64,000 bases of DNA from Macrostomum hystrix (lineage: Eukaryota > Animalia > Platyhelminthes): contig CATNEN010000041.1 of assembly GCA_950097015.1 (NCBI GenBank), positions 2,046,001-2,110,000 of the forward strand, given 5' to 3'. Both the position numbers and the translations under genes were made by a program. Below the pieces are notes generated by a model. The model was not told where the DNA came from. It searched no databases and was given only the letters and a program-made list of their open reading frames with translations. Positions 37,501 to 47,842 of this stretch are shown here, piece after piece (the stretch's first letter is position 1; each line of letters opens with the position of its first letter).

Positions 37501-40500
37501 TCTTTTACCGAAAGAACTGGGCGCCTGTAACAAAAACTTCTTCTAAACATTCAGGTTAGGAAAGGTCGGCAGTTACAATTGAAGAATATTCACTGGCAAA
37601 GGTAATTTTAGTAAACTTTTTGAACATCTGGATTGAGTTCGCAGTCAGATAAAACCAATCAAAATCGAGGCCCTGACGCATTGAAAAAACATAATCCTGA
37701 AAACTGGACACCAATCCGAACTACACAGAGCTCATTACCGAGCTCCAGTTAAGCTTACTTCCTCGTCCTGCAATGGGTGTGGAGGACAATGAGCATTCAG
37801 CGGCGGTCACTGACGAGCTTTCAGGTGTATATTCGTGCGGCCTTCGCTGACAGCGCATGGCCTAATTAATTCAGTTCCCTAGCTGCTATCCCCTTCCATG
37901 CTCCTCAGTTCCCCAGCAGTTATCCCCTTCCATGTTCCTCAGTTCCCCAGCAGTTATCCCCTTCCATGCTCCTCAGTTCCCCAGCAGTTATCCCCTTCCA
38001 TGCTCCTCAGTTCCCCGGCAGTTATCCCCTTCCATGTTCCTCAGTTCCCCAGCAGTTATCCCCTTCCATGCTCCTCAGTTCCCCAGCAGTTATCCCCTTC
38101 CATGTTCCTCAGTTCCCCAGCAGTTATCCCCTTCCATGCTCCTCAGTTCCCTAGCAGTTATCCCCTTCCATGCTCCTCAGTTCCCCAGCAGTTATCCCCT
38201 TCCATGTTCCTCAGTTCCCCAGCAGTTATCCCCTTCCATGCTCCTCAGTTCCCTAGCTGCTATCCCCTTCCATGCTCCTCAGTTCCCCAGCAGTTATCCC
38301 CTTCCATGCTCCTCAGTTCCCTAGCAGTTATCCCCTTCCATGCTCCTCAGTTCCCTAGCTGCTATCCCCTTCCATGCTCCTCAGTTCCCCAGCAGTTATC
38401 CCCTTCCATGCTCCTCAGTTCCCTAGCTGCTATCCCCTTCCATGCTCCTCAGTTCCCCAGCAGTTATCCCCTTCCATGTTCCTCAGTTCCCCAGCTGCTA
38501 TCCCCTTCCATGCTCCTCAGTTCCCCAGCAGTTATTCCCTTCCATGTTCCTCAGTTCCCCAGCTGCTATCCCCTTCCATGTTCCTCAGTTCCCTAGCTGC
38601 TATCCCCTTCCATGTTCCTCAGTTCCCTAGCAGTTATCCCTTTCCATGTTCCTCAGTTCCCCAGCAGTTATTCCCTTCCATGCTCCTCAGTTCCCTAGCT
38701 GCTATCCCCTTCCATGCTCCTCAGTTCCCCAGCAGTTATCCCCTTCCATGTTCCTCAGTTCCCCAGCAGTTATCCCCTTCCATGTTCCTCAGTTCCCTAG
38801 CAGTTATCCCCTTCCATGTTCCTCAGTTCCCCAGCTGCTATCCCCTTCCATGCTCCTCAGTTCCCCAGCAGTTATCCCCTTCCATGTTCCTCAGTTCCCT
38901 AGCAGTTATCCCCTTCCATGTTCCTCAGTTCCCCAGCTGCTATCCCCTTCCATGCTCCTCAGTTCCCTAGCAGTTATCCCCTTCCATGTTCCTCAGTTCC
39001 CCAGCTGCTATCCCCTTCCATGTTCCTCAGTTCCCTAGCTGCTATCCCCTTCCATGTTCCTCAGTTCCCTAGCAGTTATCCCTTTCCATGTTCCTCAGTT
39101 CCCCAGCAGTTATTCCCTTCCATGCTCCTTAGTTCCCTAGCTGCTATCCCCTTCCATGTTCCTCAGTTCCCTAGCTGCTATCCCCTTCCATGTTCCTCAG
39201 TTCCCTAGCAGTTATCCCTTTCCATGTTCCTCAGTTCCCTAGCTGCTATCCCCTTCCATGTTCCTCAGTTCCCTAGCAGTTATCCCTTTCCATGTTCCTC
39301 AGTTCCCCAGCAGTTATTCCCTTCCATGTTCCTCAGTTCCCTAGCAGTTATCCCCTTCCATGTTCCTCAGTTCCCTAGCAGTTATCCCTTTCCATGTTCC
39401 TCAGTTCCCTAGCTGCTATCCCCTTCCATGTTCCTCAGTTCCCTAGCAGTTATCCCTTTCCATGTTCCTCAGTTCCCTAGCAGTTATCCCCTTCCATGTT
39501 CCTCAGTTCCCCAGCAGTTATCCCCTTCCATGTTCCTCAGTTCCCCAGCAGTTATTCCCTTCCATGTTCCTCAGTTCCCCAGCAGTTATTCCCTTCCATG
39601 TTCCTCAGTTCCCTAGCTGCTATCCCCTTCCATGTTCCTCAGTTCCCTAGCAGTTATCCCTTTCCATGTTCCTCAGTTCCCTAGCAGTTATCCCCTTCCA
39701 TGTTCCTCAGTTCCCCAGCTGCTATCCCCTTCCATGTTCCTCAGTTCCCTAGCAGTTATCCCCTTCCATGTTCCTCAGTTCCCTAGCTGCTATCCCCTTC
39801 CATGTTCCTCAGTTCCCTAGCAGTTATCCCCTTCCATGCTCCTCAGTTCCCTAGCAGTTATTCCCTTCCATATTCCTCAGTTCCCTAGCTGCTGTCCCTT
39901 TCCATGTTCCTCAGTTCCCTAGCAGTTATCCCCTTCCATGTTCCTCAGTTCCCCAGCTGCTATCCCCTTCCATGTTCCTCAGTTCCCTAGCTGCTATCCC
40001 CTTCCATGTTCCTCAGTTCCCTAGCAGTTATCCCCTTCCATGTTCCTCAGTTCCCTAGCAGTTATCCTCTTCCATGTTCCTCAGTTCCCTAGCAGTTATT
40101 CCCTTCCATGTTCCTCAGTTCCCTAGCTGCTATCCCCTTCCATGTTCCTCAGTTCCCTAGCAGTTATCCCCTTCCATGTTCCTCAGTTCCCTAGCAGTTA
40201 TCCCCTTCCATGTTCCTCAGTTCCCTAGCAGTTATCCTCTTCCATGTTCCTCAGTTCCCTAGCAGTTATTCCCTTCCATGTTCCTCAGTTCCCTAGCTGC
40301 TATCCCCTTCCATGCTCCTCAGTTCCCTAGCAGTTATGCCCTTCCATGTTCCTCAGTTCCCTAGCAGTTATCCCCTTCCATGCTCCTCAGTTCCCTAGCA
40401 GTTATCCCCTTCTATGTTCCTCAGTTCCCTGGCTGTCATCAGCTTCCATGTTCCTCAGTTCCCTAGCAGTTATCCCCTTCCATGTTCCTCAGTTCCCTGG

Positions 40501-43136
40501 CTGTCATCAGCTTCCATGTTCCTCAGTTCCCTAGCAGTTATCCCCTTCCATGTTCCTCAGTTCCCTGGCTGTCATCAGCTTCCATGTTCCTCAGTTCCCT
40601 AGCAGTTATCCCCTTCCATGCTCCTCAGTTCCCTAGCAGTTATCCCCTTCCATGTTCCTCAGTTCCCTAGCAGTTATCCCCTTCCATGTTCCTCAGTTCC
40701 CTGGCAGTTATCCCCATGCGCGCAATTCAATTCCCTAGCTTTTAAATTCATTTTGACGCTAAAAGCTTCAGCATGGCGATGAAGGCAAATCGAGAGTTAA
40801 AATTCTGAGCAATTTCCAGAATCCTTCGAGTCAATCTGCTTGCTGAGTGACTGCTGAAATTTACTATGACTAAAGGATGAAGCAATCAGAGGCAATGAAA
40901 CAAAGACAAACGCACAACCAGATCCGGAAAGCAATGACCGTCAGCAAGTGAGGAAAGTAAAGCAGGAAAAGTACAAGAAAATTTCGAAGGCAAATAAAAA
41001 TAGGAAACTTTTACAGTTCGAAATCTTATGCTGAATGTTACAACAACACATCGATACAGGATGTAAACCAAGAGCCATGAACACTGTCAAACACTTACTA
41101 ATGTAGCCTAAAAGGAGAAATGGAATCATGTTTTGTAAAGCGCTATTTATACCCGCCTGTACATAAAAAATCTATTTTGCCTTCATTTGTTCATTCAGGC
41201 CACCAGCTAACAGCCACCCCACTCCTTTAGGGCATAAACTTTGAAGGATTCTAGCTCGTACATTCACCCTAACTTTTAGGCTCCAACACTTAAACGGCTA
41301 AATGTACATTGCATGTTGTGCCGGCCCCTGCCACCACCAGACTAACTGCGGAAAAATATTAAACAAACCACTCGCTTCTCTTCTCAATGTACACTGCCAT
41401 CACCCAGTCTGACCCGGGAAACTGGTAAACAAACCACTCGCTACTCTTCTCAATGTACACTGCCATCACCCAGTCTGAACCGGGAAACTGATAAACAAAC
41501 CACTCGCTACTCTTCTCAATGTACACTGCCATCACCCAGTCTGAACCGGGAAACTGATAAACAAATCACTCGCTACTCTTCTCAATGTACACTGCCATCA
41601 CCCAGTCTGACCCGGGAAACTGATAAACAAACCACTCGCTACTCTTCTCAATGTACACTGCCATCACCCAGTCTGACCCGGGAAACTGGTAAACAAACCA
41701 CTCGCTACTCTTCTCAATGTACACTGCCATCACCCAGTCTGACCCGGGAAACTGGTAAACAAACCACTCGCTACTCTTCTCAATGTACACTGCCATCACC
41801 CAGTCTGACCCGGGAAACTGATAAACAAACCACTCGCTACTCTTCTCAATGTACACTGCCATCACCCAGTCTGACCCGGGAAACTGATAAACAAACCACT
41901 CGCTACTCTTCTCAATGTACACTGCCATCACCCAGTCTGACCCGGGAAACTGATAAACAAACCACTCGCTACTCTTCTCAATGTACACTGCCATCACCCA
42001 GTCTGACCCGGGAAACTGGTAAACAAACCACTCGCTACTCTTCTCAATGTACACTGCCATCACCCAGTCTGACCCGGGAAACTGATAAACAAACCACTCG
42101 CTACTCTTCTCAATGTACACTGCACACCAAACAGTGGATTTCGGCAATATCAATGCTAAATGATTAATGATATTAAAAAAATAACTAACCGTGAGGTTGC
42201 TCTTCCAGTCCAACGTCGAAAGCTAGCTTGTCCCTTGAGCTCGAAGTAGTCAAGCAGGTAAGATACTGTGAATAGAAATAAGGCATCAATAAAATGTGCG
42301 TACACTATCAATTATCCTTGTGAGCTCATACTAATTCGAATCTCACCATGGAGCTGGCGTGATGCCTGAGCAGGATGGCGTGGCCGTACAGCAGGGTCTT
42401 GTGACCCGACTGGCCAGAATCCTGCAATGACAAACGTTGAAGGCATTCCGGTTTTGATTAGACTGAAGTCTGACGGCTGTTGAAGTTCGAGACATTTAAA
42501 AGTCCAAATTCGTTAAAAATCGAGTGCTCACCACGTTGCTCTTGGACGAAACCATCTCCTGCAGGGCGCGCACAGACAGCGCCTTCTCAAGGACGAACTT
42601 GCATACCGAGAAGTCTGGCGGCACATCCTGCACGTTTCGCGAGAGAAAACTGATTGCCGAGAATTTTCATTTGGGGTTGGGTAGATCAAAGTATTGAAGG
42701 ACCACACATGGGGTAGAAGGTGATGCATTGAAGGACCACAGCGGGGTAGATAGTGATGCATTGAAGGACCACAGCGGGGTAGATAGTGATGCATTGAAGG
42801 ACCACAGCGGGGTAGATGGTGATGCATTGAAGGACCACAGCGGGGTAGATGGTGATGCATTGAAGGACCACAGCGGCTCACCTTGTTAGAGAGGTTCTCC
42901 AGATAGCACATCCGGTTGCCGAAGCCCTGAGCAGCCAGCGAGACGCGCTGTGAGTTGCCGCTGGCATTGTGGATAATGCAGCTCAGGCTGAGCAGGTCGT
43001 CCTGGATGAGAGATTGAGCAGGTTTCCGAGTTTTTGCTGGCTAAGCATGTCTATGGCTTGAAATGAGTATGTCTATTGAAATGAGTGAACTCACCGTCCT
43101 CAGAAATGATGTGTCTTCGTCTGATTCGCCCTCCAT
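13550..43136 (-). CDS. RyR: Ryanodine receptor (intracellular Ca2+-release channel), 32 coding exons, about 4942 aa
   Basis: Exons (- strand): 43095-43136, 42882-43001, 42532-42627, 42347-42421, 42190-42265, 37095-37207, 34147-37011, 33389-33485, 32704-32911, 31767-32337, 31066-31440, 29915-30392, 28941-29322, 28527-28800, 26728-28437, 25464-26339, 24048-25179, 22920-23028, 21802-22594, 21419-21635, 20700-20764, 19701-19760, 18816-19445, 18140-18592, 17648-18034, 17487-17552, 17322-17401, 16424-16895, 15206-16196, 14410-15107, 14132-14298, 13550-13700. All introns are GT-AG with matching phases, total 14829 nt. Motifs: N-terminal SFLRT...GFGNR, MIR, SPRY1-3, RyR repeats, EF hands ([26 protein letters not shown]), Ca-site residues ([21 protein letters not shown]), pore [10 protein letters not shown], Zn finger CFICG..H..EHN, and C-terminus [16 protein letters not shown]. 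Confidence 0.97.
13729..14038. repeat. Minisatellite, 21 bp unit, about 15 copies (last RyR intron)
   Basis: Unit AGTCACCTG(T/C)TAGACTGGGCT. Confidence 0.95.
16231..16398. repeat. Minisatellite, 23 bp unit, about 7 copies (RyR intron)
   Basis: Unit CACCTGTCATTAGCATCAGTAAG. Confidence 0.93.
17051..17175 (-). mobile_element. tRNA-derived SINE-like element, family 2 (5'-degenerate copy)
   Basis: The - strand reads ...GTCCCGAGCTCGAATCCGCGGTGAGGCCGCATT...GCAGCCGCGGAGAGAAAGC...GGCACAATGA. This is colinear with the copy at 26480-26642. Confidence 0.6.
18608..18694. repeat. Short tandem repeat, 11 bp unit, about 7 copies (RyR intron)
   Basis: Unit TTCAGGGTGAC with variants. Confidence 0.85.
19522..19680. 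repeat. Tandem repeat, 48 bp unit, about 3 copies (RyR intron)
   Basis: GATTGGCT recurs at 19526, 19574, 19622 and 19670. Confidence 0.88.
20839..21380. repeat. Minisatellite, 48 bp unit, about 11 copies (RyR intron)
   Basis: Unit AGATCTCTGATTGGCTCATCCAGGGGGACTGACACTCCATTCCCTATC. Confidence 0.96.
22620..22875. repeat. Degenerate tandem repeat around TCTGATTGGTCC (RyR intron)
   Basis: About 7 recurrences of (T)TCTGATTGGTC(C/A) with irregular spacing near 29 bp. Confidence 0.7.
23590..23985. repeat. Minisatellite, 28 bp unit with shorter derivatives (RyR intron)
   Basis: Unit ATAGATGCCTGATTCTGAGAATAGTTTC; period 28 seen at 23691/23719. Confidence 0.92.
25268..25405. repeat. Tandem repeat, 16 bp unit (alternating to give 32 bp), about 8 copies (RyR intron)
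   Basis: TGTCTCCTACCCCTT(G/C). Confidence 0.92.
26480..26642 (-). mobile_element. tRNA-derived SINE-like element, family 2 (most complete copy)
   Basis: Head GGTGAGTGGCAGAGCGGTCTAATGCG resembles a tRNA-Leu/Ser A box. B-box-like GAGCTCGATTCC. Body GGGGCCACATTTATTTGGGG...GCGGAGAGAACGC...GGCACAGTGA is shared with 17051-17175 and 32995-33060. Confidence 0.65.
29475..29866. repeat. Minisatellite, 27 bp unit, about 14 copies (RyR intron)
   Basis: Unit TAGAA(C/A)TGTCGGTACATCAAAGGA(C/T)CC. Confidence 0.95.
30455..30737 (-). mobile_element. tRNA-derived CORE-SINE, family 1, copy B (RyR intron)
   Basis: The reverse complement is colinear with 812-1100 over about 280 bp (TAGCCTGGTGGTAAGAGCGTCGGACTCACAAC...GGTTCGATTCCCGACT...CTTTAGCAAGAC...CAGTCCATGGACT...GCCTTCAGATGCGCCGCGCA). 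No A tail. Confidence 0.85.
30840..30992. repeat. Tandem repeat, 11 bp unit, about 13 copies (RyR intron)
   Basis: Unit (T/C)GAATCCCACT. Confidence 0.92.
32403..32688. repeat. Minisatellite, 34 bp unit, about 8 copies (RyR intron)
   Basis: Unit GATATCAGTGATTGATGCATCAACCCAATCCA(C/T)T. Confidence 0.95.
32995..33060 (+). mobile_element. tRNA-derived SINE-like fragment, family 2
   Basis: GGCGTCTGACTCGC...GGGGTTCGTTCCGCAGCGAGGCCATATTAATTTGGGG matches the B box and GGCCACATTTATTTGGGG segment of the 26480-26642 copy. Confidence 0.5.
33774..33828. repeat. Heptanucleotide microsatellite (TCACAAA)x8
   Basis: Read directly. Confidence 0.95.
37872..40716. repeat. Minisatellite, 34 bp unit, about 83 copies (RyR intron 5)
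   Basis: Unit CATG(C/T)TCCTCAGTTCCC(C/T)AGC(A/T)G(T/C)TAT(C/T)CCCTTC. Confidence 0.98.
41361..42123. repeat. Minisatellite, 66 bp unit, about 11.5 copies (RyR intron 5)
   Basis: Unit AAACAAACCACTCGCTACTCTTCTCAATGTACACTGCCATCACCCAGTCTGACCCGGGAAACTG(A/G)T. Confidence 0.97.
42703..42877. repeat. Minisatellite, 33 bp unit, about 5 copies abutting the donor of RyR intron 2
   Basis: Unit GAT(G/A)GTGATGCATTGAAGGACCACAGCGGGGTA. Confidence 0.94.
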
Positions 43137-43274
43137 GCCCTGAAGTTTGATGCGGCATTAGGATATTTCAGCCCTGTTAACAGAATGCACTTTTCTGGGC
43201 CAATGTAAAGCCGCAGTGGGAAACAGTGGCATAGCAGGTGACAAATTGAAGGCCCACTGTCTAGAGGGAGATCA

Positions 43275-43435
43275 GTGCATCCTGGGCAGCTGCGTACAGC
43301 TGTCACAGGGTCATTGTGGGGTGGAGAATGCTCAGTGCGTTCTGTACTGTGTACAGCTGTCACAGGGTCATTGTGGGTTGGAGAATGCTCAGTGCGTTCT
43401 GTACTGTGTACAGCTGTCACAGGGTCATTGTTGGG
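43275..43435. repeat. Tandem repeat, 57 bp unit, about 2.5 copies (upstream of RyR ATG)
   Basis: TACAGCTGTCACAGGGTCATTGT recurs at 43295, 43352 and 43409. Confidence 0.9.
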
Positions 43436-44079
43436 TAAAAAAGTAAGTAAATGTAGTAGGCTAATTTGAATCCGTGCTAAAAATATGTTACGTATATGCT
43501 TATAATATTAGACTTATTCGATTTGTTTAAAATGTAAAAATATACTGCGTATACATCCAGCGTATTTGGGAAAATTACTATAAATAGAGACAGAAGGGAC
43601 TGAAGATAGCGAACCGTTTCGTGCCCATAATTAGAAACAGTTCAATTCTCCTCGTGAGCAATCTTACAAAAGCCTTACTTATTTCTAAAGTAAGTGGAAG
43701 CCGTTGAAACCGATCCGGGGAAGCCCGAGTACAGACTGGCCAGAGAGCCTGAATTACCTGACAAAACTTGTCTGAATCACCTGAGAGCATTGTCTCCAGA
43801 TCTAACTAGATTTAATATCTAGAATATTACTGGCAGGAGGCCAGAAATATCGTGACAAAGAGCCACGCTACCCAAACTATCTGTAGTTTGTATCAGTCCA
43901 CCCGGGGTGTGGTATAATGTATAGGTCACTTTAAGTGACTGAAGGCAGTAAATAAGGAGTTTAGGCCAACCATTTACAGTATGCATTATTAAAGGAGGAG
44001 AGTTTGAACTACTAGAGAAGTGCAATTAAGAAGAAGCACTACAACATAAATAAAGTAAAAAGGAAAGCAAGCCGGTCAC

Positions 44080-45035
44080 CTTGAAAGTACCGAGACAGCC
44101 GACACCTGGCGATGAAGCGAGTACGAAACCGGACTCACGATTTGCCTAAAGGCGCGAGTCCTCAGCCCAGATTAAAGAGGAAGAAAGCAAAAAGCACCGA
44201 GGAAAGCTGAGCAGTGAAAGTCGGGCAGAGTCCAAACAATTAGTTTCTGCTGCTTTGATTATTGCGATTGTCTAGTTGGAAGAGCAAAGGTGAATTACGT
44301 CCTCTGGCAGCATCAGGTGAACCATTGCCGACCAGCCGGACTGTTGCAGTACTGATGCTGCTGCTGCTGCTGTAGCTCCAGATTCGAACCGGCCGGTTTA
44401 TCACCAAGCTGGCGCTTTAGGCCTGGAGGGGGAAGGAAAAGCGGCCGGCTGGGTTACAGAGGCCAGGAGGATGCGCGCACAATGGTCCCACAAGACACAG
44501 AACGGCCTTTACCTCGCAGCTTCGATCGCTCCGCGGTGAGGTAAAGTTTCCAGGAATTCTCGGACTTGCCTGGGATTGCGCAGCGCAATGGGCCACCGCT
44601 GCTGCTGCAGTTGCACTCCTCAGTGGCGCAGATCCGCAGACACTGCGCGGCTGTACCTCCTGTTGCCGAGTGACGAAGAAGCCACTCAAGTCCTAGCCGC
44701 TGGCTGCTGTCTGCCCGCCAGCCCCTCAGTGTACATGGATGAGCGGCAGGGCTGGGTGGGACGCGGGCAGAGGAGGGCGGGGCTGAAGGCCAAGCCTGAA
44801 GAAGACGGCTGGGGCAGGCAAGGAGGGGGGCAGGCGACCCGTACAGGGGATCAGCCCTGAGCGCTCCCCTCTCCTCTCCTCCCCCCGCAGAAGTCGCTCG
44901 CCCTCCCCTTTTTCCCAGGCCGGGGCCGCACTCGGATCCCGCTTCAAGCTCTTCAAGCGCACAGCCGCCCCGTGCAGACAGTCGAAATCGGCAGATCAAA
45001 TACTGCAGTGTGTGCGGTGCCCGGCCAGGGAAGGT
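44080..45035 (-). promoter_or_regulatory. GC-rich region, probable RyR promoter and non-coding 5' exons
   Basis: CpG-rich island. Donor-like sites on the - strand at 44511-44512 (GAG|GTAAAG) and 44078-44079 (AAG|GTGACC), a pyrimidine tract/acceptor near 44272, and an acceptor at 43140-43141 just before the ATG. Not confirmed by transcript data. Confidence 0.4.
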
Positions 45036-45267
45036 GAGCTGAAGCACGGGTGGCACGGACCGCAGCTCAAAGCCTATTGGCGCCGATCAAGAGTAATCAC
45101 AATCTAAATCGATACAACTATTGGCCTAGATCGATTAGGATAAATCGAATGCTGTCCAGTCTACTAACAGTAGAATTAGGAAATCATATTCATGAAAATT
45201 TACCGAAATAACCGGTTCAAAAGCGCTAGTTTTCAGTGGAAGGTGATGACTCTATATTGATGGAGGC

Positions 45268-45965
45268 GATTCCCACAGGTCAGTGACGATTCTGTCTATG
45301 GGACAGAGGCGATCCCCACAGGTCAGTGACGATTCTGTCTATGGGACAGAGGCGATCCCCACAGGTCAGTGACGATTCTGTCTATGGGACAGAGGCGATC
45401 CCCACAGGTCAGTGACGATTCTGTCTATGGGACAGAGGCGATCCCCACAGGTCAGTGACGATTCTGTCTATGGGACAGAGGCGATCCCCACAGGTCAGTG
45501 ACGATTCTGTCTATGGGACAGAGGCGATTCCCACAGGTCAGTGACGATTCTGTCTATGGGACAGAGGCGATCCCCACAAGTCAGTGACGATTCTGTCTAT
45601 GGGACAGAGGCGATCCCCACAAGTCAGTGACGATTCTGTCTATGGGACAGAGGCGATCCCCACAGGTCAGTGACGATTCTGTCTATGGGACAGAGGCAAT
45701 CCCCACAGGTCAGTGACGATTCTGTCTATGGGACAGAGGCGATCCCCACAGGTCAGTGACGATTCTGTCTATGGGACAGAGGCGATCCCCACAGGTCAGT
45801 GACGATTCTGTCTATGGGACAGAGGCGATCCCCACAGGTCAGTGACGATTCTGTCTATGGGACAGAGGCGATTCCCACAGGTCAGTGACGATTCTGTTTA
45901 TGGGACAGGCAGGCGATTCCCAGAGGTCAGCGACGATTCTAGAGGGACAGAGGCGATTCCCATAG
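45268..45965. repeat. Minisatellite, 43 bp unit, about 16 copies
   Basis: Unit GGCGATCCCCACAGGTCAGTGACGATTCTGTCTATGGGACAGA; period 43 seen at 45308/45351. Confidence 0.96.
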
Positions 45966-46295
45966 GTCAGTGACGATTCCAGAGGGACAGTGGCGATTCT
46001 CATATGTCAGTGGCGATTCTCATATGTCAGTGACGATTCTCATATGTCAGTGGCGATTCTCATATGTCAGTGACGATTCTCATATGTCAGTGGCGATTCT
46101 CATGTCAGTGGCGATTCTCATATGTCAGTGGCGATTCTCATATGTCAGTGGCGATTCTCATATGTCAGTGGCGATTCTCATATGTCAGTGGCGATTCTCA
46201 TATGTCAGTGGCGATTCTCATATGTCAGTGACGATTCTCATGTCAGTGGCGATTCTCATATGTCAGTGGCGATTCTCATGTCAGTGGCGATTCCC
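45966..46295. repeat. Minisatellite, 20 bp unit (some 18 bp), about 16 copies
   Basis: Unit GTCAGTGGCGATTCTCATAT. Confidence 0.95.
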
Positions 46296-46871
46296 AGAGG
46301 ACAGAGGCGATTCTAGAGGGACAGTGACGATACTCAGATGCAGTGACGATGGTTCCAGAGGGACAGAGACGATTCCCAGAAGACGGCTCGGGCAGTCCAA
46401 GAGTGTCCAGTTTCGGCAATGACAAAAGCAATAAAAGACAATGCAAGGAGCGGAAATTCACGGGCACTGCTCGTTCAGCATGGATGAGAACATCAGCGCA
46501 CCAAGCATCAGTTTTGGAACAATTAATGTATGTCTATTTTAAATAAGCTTCCCCTTAATTAAAAGTAGTAAAATGTAGGATAAAAATAGAGTGCCGAACG
46601 AGTCACTATAAAAGTATGAATAGACTGTTTGACACTGATCTGCATGCATAGCTCATCATAAACTGCACAAAAAATACAAAATAAGCCTAAAATGATTACA
46701 AAGACGCGCATAAAATTTCAACTGGAAATATAATAGAAATCCCAACATCAGCATGCGAACATCCACAGCACCATTGAGCGGCAGAAATTTAAGACACTGA
46801 TTTTAGCTGACATTGTTCTTGGATCAGGCAGACAGCCGCTCAGTATGCTCATTAGCCTGACAACGGGTGTG

Positions 46872-47338
46872 TGGGGCAGAGGGCAAGGGATTGAGGGGGC
46901 AGAGGGCAAGGGATTGAGGGGGCAGAGGGCAAGGGATTGAGGGGGCAGAGGGCAAGGGATAGAGGGGGCAGAGGGGAAGGGATTGAGGGGGCAGAGGGCA
47001 AGGGATTGAGGGGGCAGAGGGCAAGGGATTGAGGGGGCAGAGGGCAAGGGATTGAGGGGGCAGAGGGGAAGGGATTGAGGGGGCAGAGGGCAAGGGATTG
47101 AGGGGGCAGAGGGCAAGGTATTGAGGGGGGCAGAGGGCAAGGGATTGAGGGGGCAGAGGGCAAGGGATAGAGGGGGCAGAGGGCAAGTGATAGAGGGGGC
47201 AGAGGGGAAGGGATAGAGGGGGCAGAGGGCAAGGGATAGAGGGGGCAGATGGCAAGGGATTGAGGGGGCAGAGGGCAAGGGATTGAGGGGGCAGAGGGCA
47301 AGGGATTGAGGGGGCAGAGGGGAAGGGATTAAGGGGCC
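46872..47338. repeat. G-rich minisatellite, 23 bp unit, about 20 copies
   Basis: Unit GGGGGCAGAGGGCAAGGGATTGA. Confidence 0.96.
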
Positions 47339-47435
47339 AGAGGGGGACAGAATGGGAATCAGCAGGTCCTTGAAACAGCTAGCATGGGATTTGAAATCGT
47401 TCGCACAAGTAATGAAAATGGCAGACCAAAGCAGC

Positions 47436-47441
47436 TTTATT
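47436..47441 (-). terminator. Candidate polyadenylation signal of VKR
   Basis: First canonical AATAAA I found on the - strand downstream of the VKR stop (2.1 kb away). Motif only. Confidence 0.35.
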
Positions 47442-47842
47442 TACAAAATTGTGGGACTACAAATGTAAATACGAGCGTAGAAATATGAATATGTACAAGC
47501 GACTCAGGCAGTATAAATAACAATGTTGATTAGCGACATGAGCAGCCGTGGGGAGGGGGAAATGCAGAGGTTAGGGGGGTGACGACATGCGAAGGGAAAG
47601 CAAATTAGCGAACATGATAACTGACAAGCTGGCATGCGAATCAACGGCAGATACTGCTACTGCCTGAATACTATTATAGTACAAAGGAAATAGAAAACAA
47701 TGACTCGGAAATGTACAGTGATTGAACAGACTGTCAGTAAAACAGTTCCCTGAAGATCCGCCAACTCTAAAAGATAGCTCAACAGCTAGGACTCAGCATG
47801 CTGGCGACAGACCTGGAAATGCTCAACAACCGCTTGCGTGCC

